A stretch of 64,000 nucleotides of DNA, taken from NCBI GenBank assembly GCA_963702845.1, contig OY969763.1:608001-672000 (forward strand). The letters are read 5' to 3'. The position numbers and the translations under genes were made by a program. The notes under the pieces were generated by a model that was not told the DNA's origin, did no database searches, and saw only the letters and a program-made list of their open reading frames with translations. Each line of letters begins with the position of its first letter. Positions within the stretch are counted from its first letter, which is position 1. Positions 30,389-40,940 of the stretch are shown piece after piece. This DNA comes from an uncultured Verrucomicrobiae bacterium (GTDB lineage Bacteria > Verrucomicrobiota > Verrucomicrobiia > Limisphaerales > Palsa-1400).

Positions 30389-31672
30389 TGGAATATGCCA
30401 TGGTTGTTTGGTCCGGGAGATTCGCCGGGGATTTGCGTCCAAAGACGTCGCGAATGTGGTTCTCCAATTTTCCCACGATCACGTCCCACCCATTTCGCTC
30501 GGCCATCTCCAGTCCGCCCTCGACATTAAACTTGTGCGAGTCCTGGACTGCATCATGGCAAAGCTCAATAAACTCGTCATGCGCGTTCGCGACTTTGACG
30601 ACTTTGCTGAAATTCGTGACGACATCCGGAACAGCCGTCGACACAATCGGCCGCCCTGTCGCCATATATTCCAACGCTTTGGTTGGATTGATAAATTCGG
30701 TCGCTTCGTTGATCGCGAAGGGCATCAGGCATGCGTTGAATGCCTTTGTGTAGTTGGGCAATTGCGCGTATTCGCGACGGCCAAGCCAGTAAAGATTGCC
30801 GCGCATGGGTAAGCAGTTCGGATCGACTTTCACCACCGGCCCAATCATCACGATGCTCCAGTGCGGGTTGGCATCAGCCAGCTTCGCGATCAGTTCGTAA
30901 TCGAGACGTTCATCGATGACGCCGAAATAGCCGAGAACCGGACGATGCACGAAATCCAGGTCGTTCGGCACTTGCGTATCGATCGAGGCGCGCTTTGCCG
31001 AAATGAGCAACATCAACACCGCACCCGTAAAAATGTGCATTTGAATTCTGCTGCGATTTCGACTGCCAAATCTTGTGTCCCCCGGTGAACACGACGTCCG
31101 CAGCTTCCAACAATCTGCGTTCGCGAATCTTCAACTCGGGCGGAGCGAACTTGAACTGCGACAACTCATCCATGCAGTCGTAAACGATCGCTTTCGCATC
31201 CACTTTGTCGATAAAGCAAGGCGCGGCCATCGGGTCGTAGAACCAATGCACGGCATTACTGAAACAGCCGTTCAACTCACCCTGATTGACCTCGTTGAAG
31301 AAACGCAGACGTTGGCGATCAACCCATACGCCATCATGAAAGCGCGATGCGGGGAAAAACGTCTGCATGATCTGCACATTCGGATAGTTGATGTCGGTGC
31401 GAACTTCAGCGCGAGGGATAAACTCTCCCTCGACGACCGTCGGTCCTTCCACAAACAACACCCGATGATTCTTCGACAATCGCGAAAGGAATTGCTGTGG
31501 CCTTTGCCACACCCCGCTCCAACGCAAATGACAATGCACGACGATTGGAAAATCCGTCCGTTCGAGAAGGCTTGAACTGCTTAATCCCTGTGTGCTTGTC
31601 GACGTCGCCGGTGTCTCGGTTTATACGTCGTTGCTGCCGGACGGCGGTCCGCGTCGTGTTTAATTTCTCCCA
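30381..31672 (-). CDS. Glycosyltransferase (GT-B, glf-associated), frameshifted
   Basis: HLRWSGVWQRPQQFLSR, VYDCMDELSQF, DVVFTGG, GYFGVIDERLD, MPFAINEATEFINPTKALEY; start approximate. Confidence 0.82.
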
Positions 31673-32912
31673 CTACTTCATTACCTCTAGCCATAAGATT
31701 TTTGATATTGTTGAGTCAGCGCGGTTGCGATGGCGGGTCAGTTCGCCGCTGCCCTCGCGTCGCAACCGGTAGATGCCGACATTGTGAATTCTTCCAATCT
31801 GGTGAAGCATCGCGCCGTCCCAGTCGATATGATCGACGAGCGGCCACCAGGTATATCCGATCATGGGAATGCCTTCCGAACGCAGCCGTTGCACATCGCA
31901 CACGGTTTGGTCCAGCCATTGCAGGCGCTCGCATTCATCGCCGTAAAAGCTCGTTTCAGTGAGCATGAGCGGAATGTGATAGCGTTCCCAATAATCTCGG
32001 ACTGTTTTGTATAGCCCCGACAGCTTGGTCGGGATGCGTTGACGAAAATTCTTTTCGGAGCAGGGGTAGAGTTCGGTTTCCGAATGCGAGTAGTAATCCA
32101 AACCAAGCACATCAATGTGAGCCGGGTTTTGTAAAAACCAGCGCAGGTCAAATTGCGATAAACCGTGCTTTTGCAACCAACCCCACAGCTCGTGTTCCTG
32201 GTCGATCTTGCCCGTCACTAAATCAAGGACGACATGGCGGCGATGCAGGCGCAGTTTTAAGTCTTCTTGCAGTTGCTGCATCAACTCGGGCCCAGCCATC
32301 TCGGCGGCTTTTGCTTCAATTGTCGGGTGCTCAAGCGCATCGCAGAGAACAATTTCGGTTTGTGGCGAGAACCGGCGCAACATGCGAATGGAGCGGCTCA
32401 GGCCTTGGGCGACTCGTGATAGGACATGTACGTAAGATTCTCGTCCCCGACCATGTGGCGGCCAAAGTCCAATATCGGCCGAGAATAAGCAGGTGATTAG
32501 CGGCTCGTTGACCGGGCAGACAGAATGGATAGTATTGCGATACTGAGTTCGCGAAAGCTTCCGTGTAGCTCTCCAATGCGTGTGGAAACTCCACGTCGCC
32601 AAAAGCTTCCGGCAGCCATGTGGGTGTTCCAAAATGAACTAAATCGAGAATGAGATTGAATCCAAGCTCCTTGGCGTAACCAAGGCGATCATCGCTCCAC
32701 GACCAGTCGAACTGGTTGCGAGAGGGCTCAACGAGGTGCCAGGGCAGGGAATACCGCATCCATTTGCAGCCCAACTCATGAGCGGCCCTCTTGAAATCGT
32801 CTTTCCAGAATTTGTCGTGCTGAGTCCACTGAAACTGGTCTATTCCAAGATGAGGGATGCAAGAACTCTCTATACCGACTGTCCATCGGAATTCCTTATG
32901 CTCTCTTCCCAT
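31673..32912 (-). CDS. GH1-like glycoside hydrolase, frameshifted near 32550
   Basis: RYSLPWH, DLVHFGTP, VNEP (acid/base), LTETS (nucleophile), GYTWWPLVD. Confidence 0.78.
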
Positions 32913-33149
32913 CCTTGGTTAACCTATCAATGGCCTGTGTCTCCTCAATGGGGGGAGTGCCGGATATTTTTGTAATGGAAGCAAGGTCGAGGTCGGGAGC
33001 GCGAAACGACTGGCCGACGTTCCTTAACGCAGCTTAAAACCTGACGCTCGTCAACCAACGGTCAGGCTTTTCCCTATTGCAAATGGCCCCCCGTTCAGGT
33101 TGATTGAACGCCGTACCTATTGTGTGTCAAACACCAGGAATTCAAAATT

Positions 33150-33497
33150 ATGAAAATGCTTAAAACATTGATCGCCACTGTCTCCGCCATTGCCGTCCTC
33201 GGCATGGTCACCACTAGCTTTGCCGCCGAAAAGGCCACCAAAGAAAAGACCATCTCGGGTACCGCCAAGTGCGCCAAATGCTCCTTGAAGGAATCCGATA
33301 AGTGCCAAACCGTCATTGAAAAGGCCGGCAAAAACGGCAAGACCACCAAGATCTACTTGGAAGACAATGACGTGGCCAAGAACTTCCATGAACAAATCTG
33401 CAAAGAAGCCGAAGGCAAGAAGGTCAAAGCCACCGGCACGACCGTGAAGACGGACGGCAAGATGGTCATGACCGCCAGCAAGATCGAAGCGGAATAG
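33150..33497 (+). CDS. Small secreted Cys/Lys-rich protein (DUF6370-like)
   Basis: Signal peptide; G.AKCAKC.L....CQ...H..IC....V.ATG. Confidence 0.7.
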   Translation: MKMLKTLIATVSAIAVLGMVTTSFAAEKATKEKTISGTAKCAKCSLKESDKCQTVIEKAGKNGKTTKIYLEDNDVAKNFHEQICKEAEGKKVKATGTTVKTDGKMVMTASKIEAE

Positions 33498-33522
33498 CCG
33501 TTTCTGCAGAAGATTTATCGCG

Positions 33523-33553
33523 AGAGCCGACCTTAATGGTCGGCTCTTTTTTT
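33523..33553 (+). terminator. Intrinsic terminator
   Basis: AGAGCCGACC-TTAAT-GGTCGGCTCT plus T-run. Confidence 0.85.
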
Positions 33554-33557
33554 GTAA

Positions 33558-34658
33558 TTAGTCCAAGGACTTGGGCTCGAGCCTGATGAAGCTGATGAGA
33601 TGGTATTTCTCCCGCTCGAACAGAACCCCCGCGCTTTTGTCTTTTAACAGTATAATACTGGAGTAAGCAGCCGGACCTTCGTAGAGCATGTGCTCGGGCC
33701 CAAACGATTCGCATTCGTCGTAACTGACTCGCGCGACGAGGTTGCTTCGACCCGGACCGCGCGGGCCGGTCCACAGGATTCGGTTTTTATTGTCGCCAGC
33801 GGATTCCAACGTCCAACGTTTGATAGCGCAGCAGACGGGCGACACCTCAAGGCCGGGGCGGCGCTTCGACCATGTTTTTCCACCGTCACTGCTCGTGCTA
33901 AACCAACGATGCGAGCCTTTCCCTCCTTGCCGCGTGTCCATCAGAACGCGGCCGTCGGCGAGTTCGACGAGCTGGCTTTCATCGCCGCCACTTTCATCTC
34001 CCGGCACAAAACCACCTCGTTGCCATGTCTTCCCGTGGTCTTCACTGAAGATGGCGAAGTTCTGCCACGGCAGTACCTTCCACGCGGATGCAATCAACCG
34101 GCCCTTGCGATCCTGGATGACTCCGGCGGGACCTACGACGGTGCTTTTCCAGTTCGTATCACTGAGATTGCGACTGACGCTCGTCAGGTCGATACGATCC
34201 GACCACGTCTCGCCGTTGTCATCGCTCCAACGGGCGGCGAGTTGCGTGTCATCAGTTCCAGGGCGGGAAGTCTTCACTGCGCTCCGGCCCGGTTTGCCAC
34301 GTAGATACAACAGCCAGACGCGTTTGGTGTCGTGATCAAAGATTGGTGCGGGATTGCCGGCTGACCATAACTCGCCGGGGGCTTCAATGACTTTAAGAGT
34401 CGACCACGACGCTCCGTTGTTCGTGCTGCGCTTCATGACCAGATCGACGGTTTGTTTCGGAAAGCCAGGATCCGCCATGTTGTTCTTACGGCCTTCAGCG
34501 AAGGCGAGGAGCGAACCATCCGCGGCCGTTTCAATCGCAGGAATGCGGTAACCAAAATAGCCGTCCGTTCCTGAAACAAAAAGATCAACGGGTTTAGGCG
34601 CGGCGTCAATTGAGGCGCATGCGAGGATTGCCAGGAACGCGGTTATCAATTTGTGCAT
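33558..34658 (-). CDS. Sialidase-family (GH33/BNR) protein
   Basis: YRIP motif; Asp-boxes STNNGASW, SDDNGETW, SEDHGKTW, SSDGGKTW; AYSS. Confidence 0.85.
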   Translation of the reverse strand: MHKLITAFLAILACASIDAAPKPVDLFVSGTDGYFGYRIPAIETAADGSLLAFAEGRKNNMADPGFPKQTVDLVMKRSTNNGASWSTLKVIEAPGELWSAGNPAPIFDHDTKRVWLLYLRGKPGRSAVKTSRPGTDDTQLAARWSDDNGETWSDRIDLTSVSRNLSDTNWKSTVVGPAGVIQDRKGRLIASAWKVLPWQNFAIFSEDHGKTWQRGGFVPGDESGGDESQLVELADGRVLMDTRQGGKGSHRWFSTSSDGGKTWSKRRPGLEVSPVCCAIKRWTLESAGDNKNRILWTGPRGPGRSNLVARVSYDECESFGPEHMLYEGPAAYSSIILLKDKSAGVLFEREKYHLISFIRLEPKSLD

Positions 34659-34686
34659 CGCACTGGTTCTGCCGGTTGCGTCGGTT

Positions 34687-34714
34687 TTGACAAGGTATTT
34701 TTTCCTGACAAAGT
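34687..34714 (+). promoter_or_regulatory. Sigma70 promoter, leaderless
   Basis: TTGACA-16-CAAAGT, 6 nt before ATG 34721. Confidence 0.5.
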
Positions 34715-34720
34715 GTGTGA

Positions 34721-35740
34721 ATGAAGTTGCAGCGTCTTCTTAACGGTCTCGTCTTATTCGCGTTTGTTGCCAAAACGACCTTTGCTTTTTCGGAAGATAA
34801 AGCTGCGAAGTACCAGCCGGGCAAAGGTCATTACGAGGTTGCGACCGTACGACTCGAGTGGTACGACGAGAAGCGTAACCGCGACGTTCCCGTTAAAATC
34901 TACTATCCGAAAAATGCTCCAAGACCTGTGCCTCTGATTATTTTTTCTCACGGCTTAGGTGGTTCGCGCGATGGCTACAGCTATTTGGGCAACGAATGGG
35001 CCAGTCAGGGCTATGTTTCTGCGCACGTCCAACACCTTGGAAGCGACACGGCCGTTTTGGAAACCGCGATGACCGGTGGTTTGCAGGAAGCGATGAAACC
35101 GTACGCTGCCAGCAATCGTGTCATCGACGTGTTTTACGCGATAAACGAACTCGAACGAATGAACTCTCAGCCCGGGCCGCTCCACGGCAAAATCGATATC
35201 AATCGCATCGGCGTCGCCGGACATTCATACGGAGCCTGGACCACGCTGGTAGTCGGTGGCGAAGTGATCATAAAAGACGGCCAGCGCGTAAATGTCCAAT
35301 CGCGCAACCACGATTCCCGAATCAAGGCGCTCATTCCGATGAGTGCGCCCGTGCCGGAAAAAACCAGCTTGGACGAAGTGTTTTCGGAAATCAATTTGCC
35401 GTGCTTTCACATGACCGGCACGCTCGACGACAGCCCTATTGCCGACACAAAAGCCGCCGACCGCCGCGTCCCTTTTGATCACATGACCGGTAAAGTGGCC
35501 GACGAATTTCTGCTCACGTTCAAAGGCGGTGATCACATGGTCTTCTCCGGCAGATTGTCACAACGCAGCCCCCGCGCTGAAAGCGATCACATTTTCCAGA
35601 AGTACATCAAAGAAGGCTCAACCGCCTTCTGGGACGCCTACTTGAAAGGTGACCACGCCGCGAAAATCTGGCTGTCAGGCGGCGCTTTCAAAAAAGACCT
35701 CGATGGCGAAGGCACTTTCGAAATGAAATTCGCCAAGTAG
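34721..35740 (+). CDS. Secreted alpha/beta hydrolase
   Basis: FSHGLGGSR, GHSYG nucleophile, TGTLD, GGDHMVF. Confidence 0.85.
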   Translation: MKLQRLLNGLVLFAFVAKTTFAFSEDKAAKYQPGKGHYEVATVRLEWYDEKRNRDVPVKIYYPKNAPRPVPLIIFSHGLGGSRDGYSYLGNEWASQGYVSAHVQHLGSDTAVLETAMTGGLQEAMKPYAASNRVIDVFYAINELERMNSQPGPLHGKIDINRIGVAGHSYGAWTTLVVGGEVIIKDGQRVNVQSRNHDSRIKALIPMSAPVPEKTSLDEVFSEINLPCFHMTGTLDDSPIADTKAADRRVPFDHMTGKVADEFLLTFKGGDHMVFSGRLSQRSPRAESDHIFQKYIKEGSTAFWDAYLKGDHAAKIWLSGGAFKKDLDGEGTFEMKFAK

Positions 35741-35744
35741 ATCG

Positions 35745-36252
35745 TCATTGGATGTTTGACCGAGCGCGCAACGCAGCGACTGTCTCAAGTTCGTTGACGT
35801 ATTTGCGGCAGAGCAGGAGCGGAATCGCGCCGATTACGCCAAACGAGCAATCGATCACGCGCCAGAACAACGGAATGCCTCGCACCGCGCCAAACACAAA
35901 TGCGTAAGGAATTACCAGCGCACACGCGATTAATCCGAACGTGAACAGCCATTTGTTGGGGACCGGCTCGCGTAATGCCCCCACGAACACCAGCGCGATC
36001 ATAAAATGTCCGAACGCCAACCAATCGGTTCCGTAGAACAGAAACGGGTGCGTTGAACCGAACGTCGTCGAGTGCTTGTTCGACCTTCAGAAGCCATTGC
36101 GCCATAAGGCAATTCTGATTTCCAAAGTGCTCCGATAACAGACGCACCTCAGACTGTAATGGAATGGCCGTCACACCACTGACGAAAAGGCCAACGATGA
36201 ACAGCCAGACCAACATGCGGATGCGTTGATGGAGGATTTCGTCTCGCGACAT
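35745..36252 (-). CDS. Hypothetical membrane protein, frameshifted near 36045
   Basis: FIVGLFVSGVTAIPL continues in another frame as FYGTDWLAFGHFMIA...RGIP..WR.IDCSFG. Confidence 0.7.
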
Positions 36253-36255
36253 AAC

Positions 36256-37014
36256 TCAGTCTTTCGTCAGTCCAAGATTTTCAGCCCAGTGACTCAGGAA
36301 GAATTGCTTCGTTTCAGGGAAGAAATGATCGGACTTGCCGACGATTGGTCGAAGCGCCGTCGTCATTTGCAACGCAACCAGCAGAAAAATCGCGCCCCAC
36401 AAAACGAGCATGCCGTTAGGACCCGCTTTGAGTTGAGAAAAGCCGCGCGTAAGAAAGCGCAGCCCAAAAACCGTCGCCACGAGCCAAAACAGTAAATGCA
36501 GCGTTCCCATCGTCGGCACCGATTCTGTTGATTGTGAGAACACCCACGCCACCGGCGCAAAGCCGATCAACAAAATCGTGGTGATCGCGAGCATTCCGGC
36601 AAGCAGGCCGAACACTTCGCCGAGTCGCGCTTGTGAGCCGCTCAAGCAACAGAAGATGTAGAGACTCGGCAGACAAATTAGACCTGACACTAAAAGGCCG
36701 CCAGCGACTTTCACCGGGGAAGCCCACAACTGCATGCCGCCCGAGAATGTTCCGACGATCAATCCGTAAACGAGCGCGCAAAAGACAGCGATCGCAAGTA
36801 GCACGCTAATGATGCCGGCAGTTTTGCCTTGAGAGAGTTGGTAATGGATTCGGCGTGGCTGGCGCAGAATGGCTTCAACAGCAGAGACGATGCCGGTCAC
36901 CGATTGACGATCGCTTGGATTTTCGCCGAGCGGTAAAGTTGCCTGCGGCGGAGTGCCTCCCGACAAAAAAGGTGGCGCATTCTGTGAGATGGGCGGGATT
37001 TGTTGATCACTCAT
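36256..37014 (-). CDS. Multi-pass membrane protein
   Basis: About 5 TM helices; ICLPSLYIF, FAPVAWVF, LQMTTALRPIVG. Confidence 0.75.
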   Translation of the reverse strand: MSDQQIPPISQNAPPFLSGGTPPQATLPLGENPSDRQSVTGIVSAVEAILRQPRRIHYQLSQGKTAGIISVLLAIAVFCALVYGLIVGTFSGGMQLWASPVKVAGGLLVSGLICLPSLYIFCCLSGSQARLGEVFGLLAGMLAITTILLIGFAPVAWVFSQSTESVPTMGTLHLLFWLVATVFGLRFLTRGFSQLKAGPNGMLVLWGAIFLLVALQMTTALRPIVGKSDHFFPETKQFFLSHWAENLGLTKD

Positions 37015-37032
37015 AATTTGTTTTTGTTTGGA

Positions 37033-37748
37033 TTAAGGAAAAATCAGTGTTTTGAACGCGTAATAGAGAGCTTCGTAAAATGTCCTGTGAAAGGCCTCGC
37101 CACGGATGAACTCGACCGGCAACCCCGGTGAACCGATAAACGGGCGCAAGATCCATGAGAGTTGCGCGCCTAAAAACAAATTAACCGTCAGCCAGGCGAA
37201 TAGAATTCTTCGACCAACATTCGCGGTGCTTAAACTTTGCAGCAACCGCAACAAACGCAGGTTTGCCGTTATGCCGGCGAACGCAATCACGGTGACCAGC
37301 ACAATCATGATGAAGCTGTAAACCAGCAACGTGCTTGCGGAGTGGTTGGAAAGTGGCGGCACGTTCCACACCAAAAACGCAATGATCGGACTGAATCCGC
37401 CGAGAATAAATGCGGCGATGGTGAAGCTCATTAAGATCGCGAGTAAGCGACTGTCGGAAATTGATATTCAATCCGAGCAAAGGCGCGAGCATCCCGTTGA
37501 GCAGCGCATTGCCAACTGCAGTGAGCAACAACACCATCGGCAGTTTGATCCCTGAGTAGAGTGCTTGTAGAGGGTTGTGCCACGAACCGATGGCTGCTCC
37601 GAACAGTCCGCAGCCGACCACGATTGTCGCGACACAGCTAACGATTCGGGGAAGCGTCCCGCGAAGGTCCAATCCGCCAGCACAGTCAGTCGCCACGCAA
37701 AAGCGCCCCCGTCTGGCTGATACCTGCCATGTCGTCGTTGGCGTTCAT
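37033..37748 (-). CDS. Multi-pass membrane protein, distant paralogue of 36256-37014, frameshifted
   Basis: IKLP.VLL, FSPIIAF, AQLSWILRPFIG matching the neighbour's motifs; split across frames. Confidence 0.65.
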
Positions 37749-37778
37749 GGCGCAATGGCATTGTGCGCGCACTGCCGG

Positions 37779-38636
37779 TCACCAGTCAATTGACGGTTCG
37801 ACTTGCCGGTGTGGTATCCATTGTTCGATGGCGTCGATCGTTTGATCCGGTGTCGAAGTGCCGGCCGTGATGCCAATGGTTTCGGCGCATCGAACCATCT
37901 TGAAATGCAAATCGTCGGCAGATTGGACATGATAAATGCGCGAGCAATGTTTGCTACACGTCTCGACCAATTGGCGCGTGTTATTGCTGTGCGTCTCCGC
38001 CGATCACGAATCACGACATCGGCTTGTTTGGCGAGATCTATTGCTGCATATTGCCGGAGTTTCGTTGGCTGACAAACCGTGTCGATGAAGCGGACTTCTG
38101 ATTTCGGAAAATGGTTTTGGATACAGCGCACGAGATGACTGACACGTTCAATCGGTTGAGTTGTTTGCGAGGCGATGCCAAAGCGCGGATGTTCCGTCAG
38201 TCGTTGAATGTCGCGATTCATCCAACACAACGTCGAAGGTGGCCAGATCTTCAGTCATGCCGCGGACTTCGACGTGGTCGCGTTTGCCGATAATAATTGG
38301 ATGATAGCCTTGATCGACAAGCTGTCGGACCGACCGATGCGCGTAGTGAACCAAGGGGCAGGTGGCTTCGGAAATATTCAATCCTTGTTTGCGCACGCTT
38401 TCGAATGTTTTCTTGGAAGCGCCATGCGCGGTAATCATCACGTTTGATGTTTTGACCTGGTCCAGTTTCTGCGCAATGCGAATGCCTTGTGCACGTAAAT
38501 CCGCGAGCACGTTTTCGTTATGGACCAGGTCACCAAGAATCGTCAGTGGTTGTTCCTGCGCCTTTGTTTCGGCGAGTTCGATGGCGTCTCGCACGCCGAA
38601 GCACATTCCTAAATGAGTTGCACGAATGATTTTCAT
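37779..38636 (-). CDS. ispH: 4-hydroxy-3-methylbut-2-enyl diphosphate reductase, frameshifted
   Basis: GMCFGV, LVHN, AHG, ATCPLV, DHVEV, QTT, DTVCQPT, SNNT, GITAGTSTP across frames. Confidence 0.88.
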
Positions 38637-38694
38637 TTCAGTTGGTAGGGCGCGTCGCTCCGCGCGCATCAGTTTTTAATGATTCGAACCCAAA

Positions 38695-38711
38695 ACTTTG
38701 TATTGCAAAGT
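38695..38711. promoter_or_regulatory. Palindromic operator, copy 1
   Basis: ACTTTG-TATTG-CAAAGT upstream of ispH. Confidence 0.75.
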
Positions 38712-38750
38712 AAGACTGCAGGTTTGTTAAACTGTTCAATTTTATTTCTC

Positions 38751-39062
38751 CTATTTTGTGTCTTTTGCCTGGCGAACGATCTGTTCGAGCAGGTCGATGT
38801 AGGCGCCGAAAGCTTTGCGACCTGCGGGAGTTAAAGAGAAAGTCGTCAGTGGACGCCGATTTTGGAAAGTTTTCGTGACCGAAACAAAACCCGCCTCCTG
38901 AAAGATCTTGATATGCACGCTGAGATTGCCGTCGGTCATGTTCAGCTGTTCGCGCAACTCGGTAAACGACAACTCAGGCGAGGCGGCCAGTAGCGACATA
39001 ATCGGCAGCCGGCCTTTCTCGTGAATGACGCGGTCGAGTTGTAGGAACGGCTTCGGGTTCAC
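38751..39062 (-). CDS. Winged-helix transcriptional regulator (MarR/ArsR-like)
   Basis: LDRVIHEKGRL.IMSLL...F.EL...L.MTDGNLSVH...GR.AF..Y; GTG start overlaps the upstream stop. Confidence 0.88.
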   Translation of the reverse strand: MNPKPFLQLDRVIHEKGRLPIMSLLAASPELSFTELREQLNMTDGNLSVHIKIFQEAGFVSVTKTFQNRRPLTTFSLTPAGRKAFGAYIDLLEQIVRQAKDTK

Positions 39063-39685
39063 GCGCTGTTCCTGCGATTTTCCGTGAAATACAAATAAAT
39101 CCCGTAAGCGAGATGCGCGCCGCCAAAGCAAACGCCCATCGCCCAATTCGCCGCGTCAATCAGCGGACGCTCGGGAAGGCGCAGCACGATCAAAGCCATC
39201 GCACATCCGCCAAGAATAAATCCCCAGCCAAATAACTTGATTCCGCGCGGCATAAAGAAACCAGCTGAGTGAAGAGCGCATCCGTAAAGAACCATCCACC
39301 CGGGGACGAGCAACCAGATTGGCAACAGGTTATCAGTGTGAAATGCAAGAAACGGCACTCCTGCGACAAAGCCCGAAAATAGCGGCGGAGCAAGTGCCTG
39401 CGCCACTCGCCGTGTCGGCGAAGACCATAACGGTTCAGAGTCCTTCATCGCCTGACGACGGACGAGTACAAAAGCCTCAATCAAACAAACAACACTGACC
39501 GTCAGCCAGAAGACAACAAACGCCCGTGGACTCTCCAAATTTAACCCGCGTGCGACCACTGCGGCAACAAGGCCGGAGACGCCAATGGAAACAGTGAGCG
39601 GCGCCAGGCCCCGGCGATAAAGCGCCGAGCGTTCCATCAAAGTGCGGATGATCTGAAGATTTTCAGAGGCCCAGTCGTTTTGCAT
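39059..39685 (-). CDS. Membrane protein coupled to the regulator
   Basis: A.ENLQ.IR.LMERS N-terminal helix, about 6 TM helices, FGGAHL.YG. Confidence 0.78.
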   Translation of the reverse strand: MQNDWASENLQIIRTLMERSALYRRGLAPLTVSIGVSGLVAAVVARGLNLESPRAFVVFWLTVSVVCLIEAFVLVRRQAMKDSEPLWSSPTRRVAQALAPPLFSGFVAGVPFLAFHTDNLLPIWLLVPGWMVLYGCALHSAGFFMPRGIKLFGWGFILGGCAMALIVLRLPERPLIDAANWAMGVCFGGAHLAYGIYLYFTENRRNSA

Positions 39686-39692
39686 GCGAGTA

Positions 39693-39721
39693 ACTTTGTA
39701 TTACAAAGTAAATAGTGTCAA
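39693..39721 (-). promoter_or_regulatory. Leaderless sigma70 promoter overlapped by palindromic operator, copy 2
   Basis: Minus strand TTGACA-17-CAAAGT-7-ATG; ACTTTG-TATTA-CAAAGT at 39693-39709. Confidence 0.8.
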
Positions 39722-39832
39722 GCTTAATAGACCGCCTCCATCGCCGATTCCAATCGGCACGCGTCAGGTTTACAAGCCGCCGTCCGGACGCCTTCCTTGC
39801 CATGCCCGTCGACAATGAATACCCTGTCCCGA

Positions 39833-40939
39833 ATGCGTCTGCTCGACCGCTATTTGCTGCGCGAATTGCTTGTCCCATTGGGATATTGCCTCGCCGGCTT
39901 TTTGATTTTTTATAGCGCGTTCGACCTCATTTTCGCGTTGGAGAGCCTGCAAAAGCTGAAGCTCCATTTCGGCGATTACCTCGAGTATTACATGTGGACG
40001 TTGCCCGAAATGGTCGTGACCGTAATGCCGATCGGTCTACTACTGGCATTGCTCTACGCTTTGACCAATCTCGCGCGCTACAACGAACTGACCGCTATGC
40101 GCGCCGCTGGAATCGCCCTCTGGCGGTTGATGTTGCCCTATATGACCGTTGGGCTGGCGATTGGGTGTCTGGTCCTGGTGGTAAATGAATTGTGGGTGCC
40201 GCAGTCGATCATGCGCGCGGAGGAAATCAAACTCAGGCGAACATCGCCGGTCCAGAACCGCATCTGGCACGGCCCGTTGAAATTCCGCAATGAAACGGAG
40301 AACCGCTCATGGGACGTGAAGGACTTCAATCTCAAGACGTCCGAAGTGTTACGGCCATCGATCGCCTGGGAGAGCCTGGACGGTGCGCATCATGATTTGT
40401 TCGCTGAAAGCGGGGTTTTCTCAAACGGTGTTTGGAACTTCTACAAAGTGCAACAGTGGGACACGCCGCCCGGCGCGCGTTTTGCCACGCCGATCAGTAA
40501 CGCCGTCTTTGAAGCGAAGTTCGTCGAGACACCGGAGCTCATTAAGAGCGATATCAAAATCAACAGCTTGAAATTAGACCAGGCAGCCAAGCGCCCGCAG
40601 CTTTCCATCAATGAGATTCGAAACTACGAACGTTTGCACCCGCGCGTGCAGCGCGATCGTCGTGCGATGCTCGAAGCGCAGTTACAAGGCCGTTACGCCG
40701 AGCCGGTCAAATGTTTGATGGTCGTGTTGATCGCGATTCCATTCGGCGCACGGTCTGGCCGGCGCAACGTGTTTGTCGGCGTCGCGGCGAGCATCTTCAT
40801 TTGTTTTGGATATTTTATTTTGCAAAAAATTTGTCTCGGTCTCGGGACCGCGGACATTCTGCCGGCGGCGTTGAGCGCGTGGCTGCCGAACATCGTGTTC
40901 GGCCTGGCTGGATTAATCATGACGTTAAAGGTGCGATAG
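39833..40939 (+). CDS. LptF/LptG LPS export permease
   Basis: LLDRYLLRE, NELTAMRAAGI, AWLPN.VF; 3 TM + periplasmic domain + 3 TM. Confidence 0.88.
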   Translation: MRLLDRYLLRELLVPLGYCLAGFLIFYSAFDLIFALESLQKLKLHFGDYLEYYMWTLPEMVVTVMPIGLLLALLYALTNLARYNELTAMRAAGIALWRLMLPYMTVGLAIGCLVLVVNELWVPQSIMRAEEIKLRRTSPVQNRIWHGPLKFRNETENRSWDVKDFNLKTSEVLRPSIAWESLDGAHHDLFAESGVFSNGVWNFYKVQQWDTPPGARFATPISNAVFEAKFVETPELIKSDIKINSLKLDQAAKRPQLSINEIRNYERLHPRVQRDRRAMLEAQLQGRYAEPVKCLMVVLIAIPFGARSGRRNVFVGVAASIFICFGYFILQKICLGLGTADILPAALSAWLPNIVFGLAGLIMTLKVR

Positions 40940-40940
40940 C

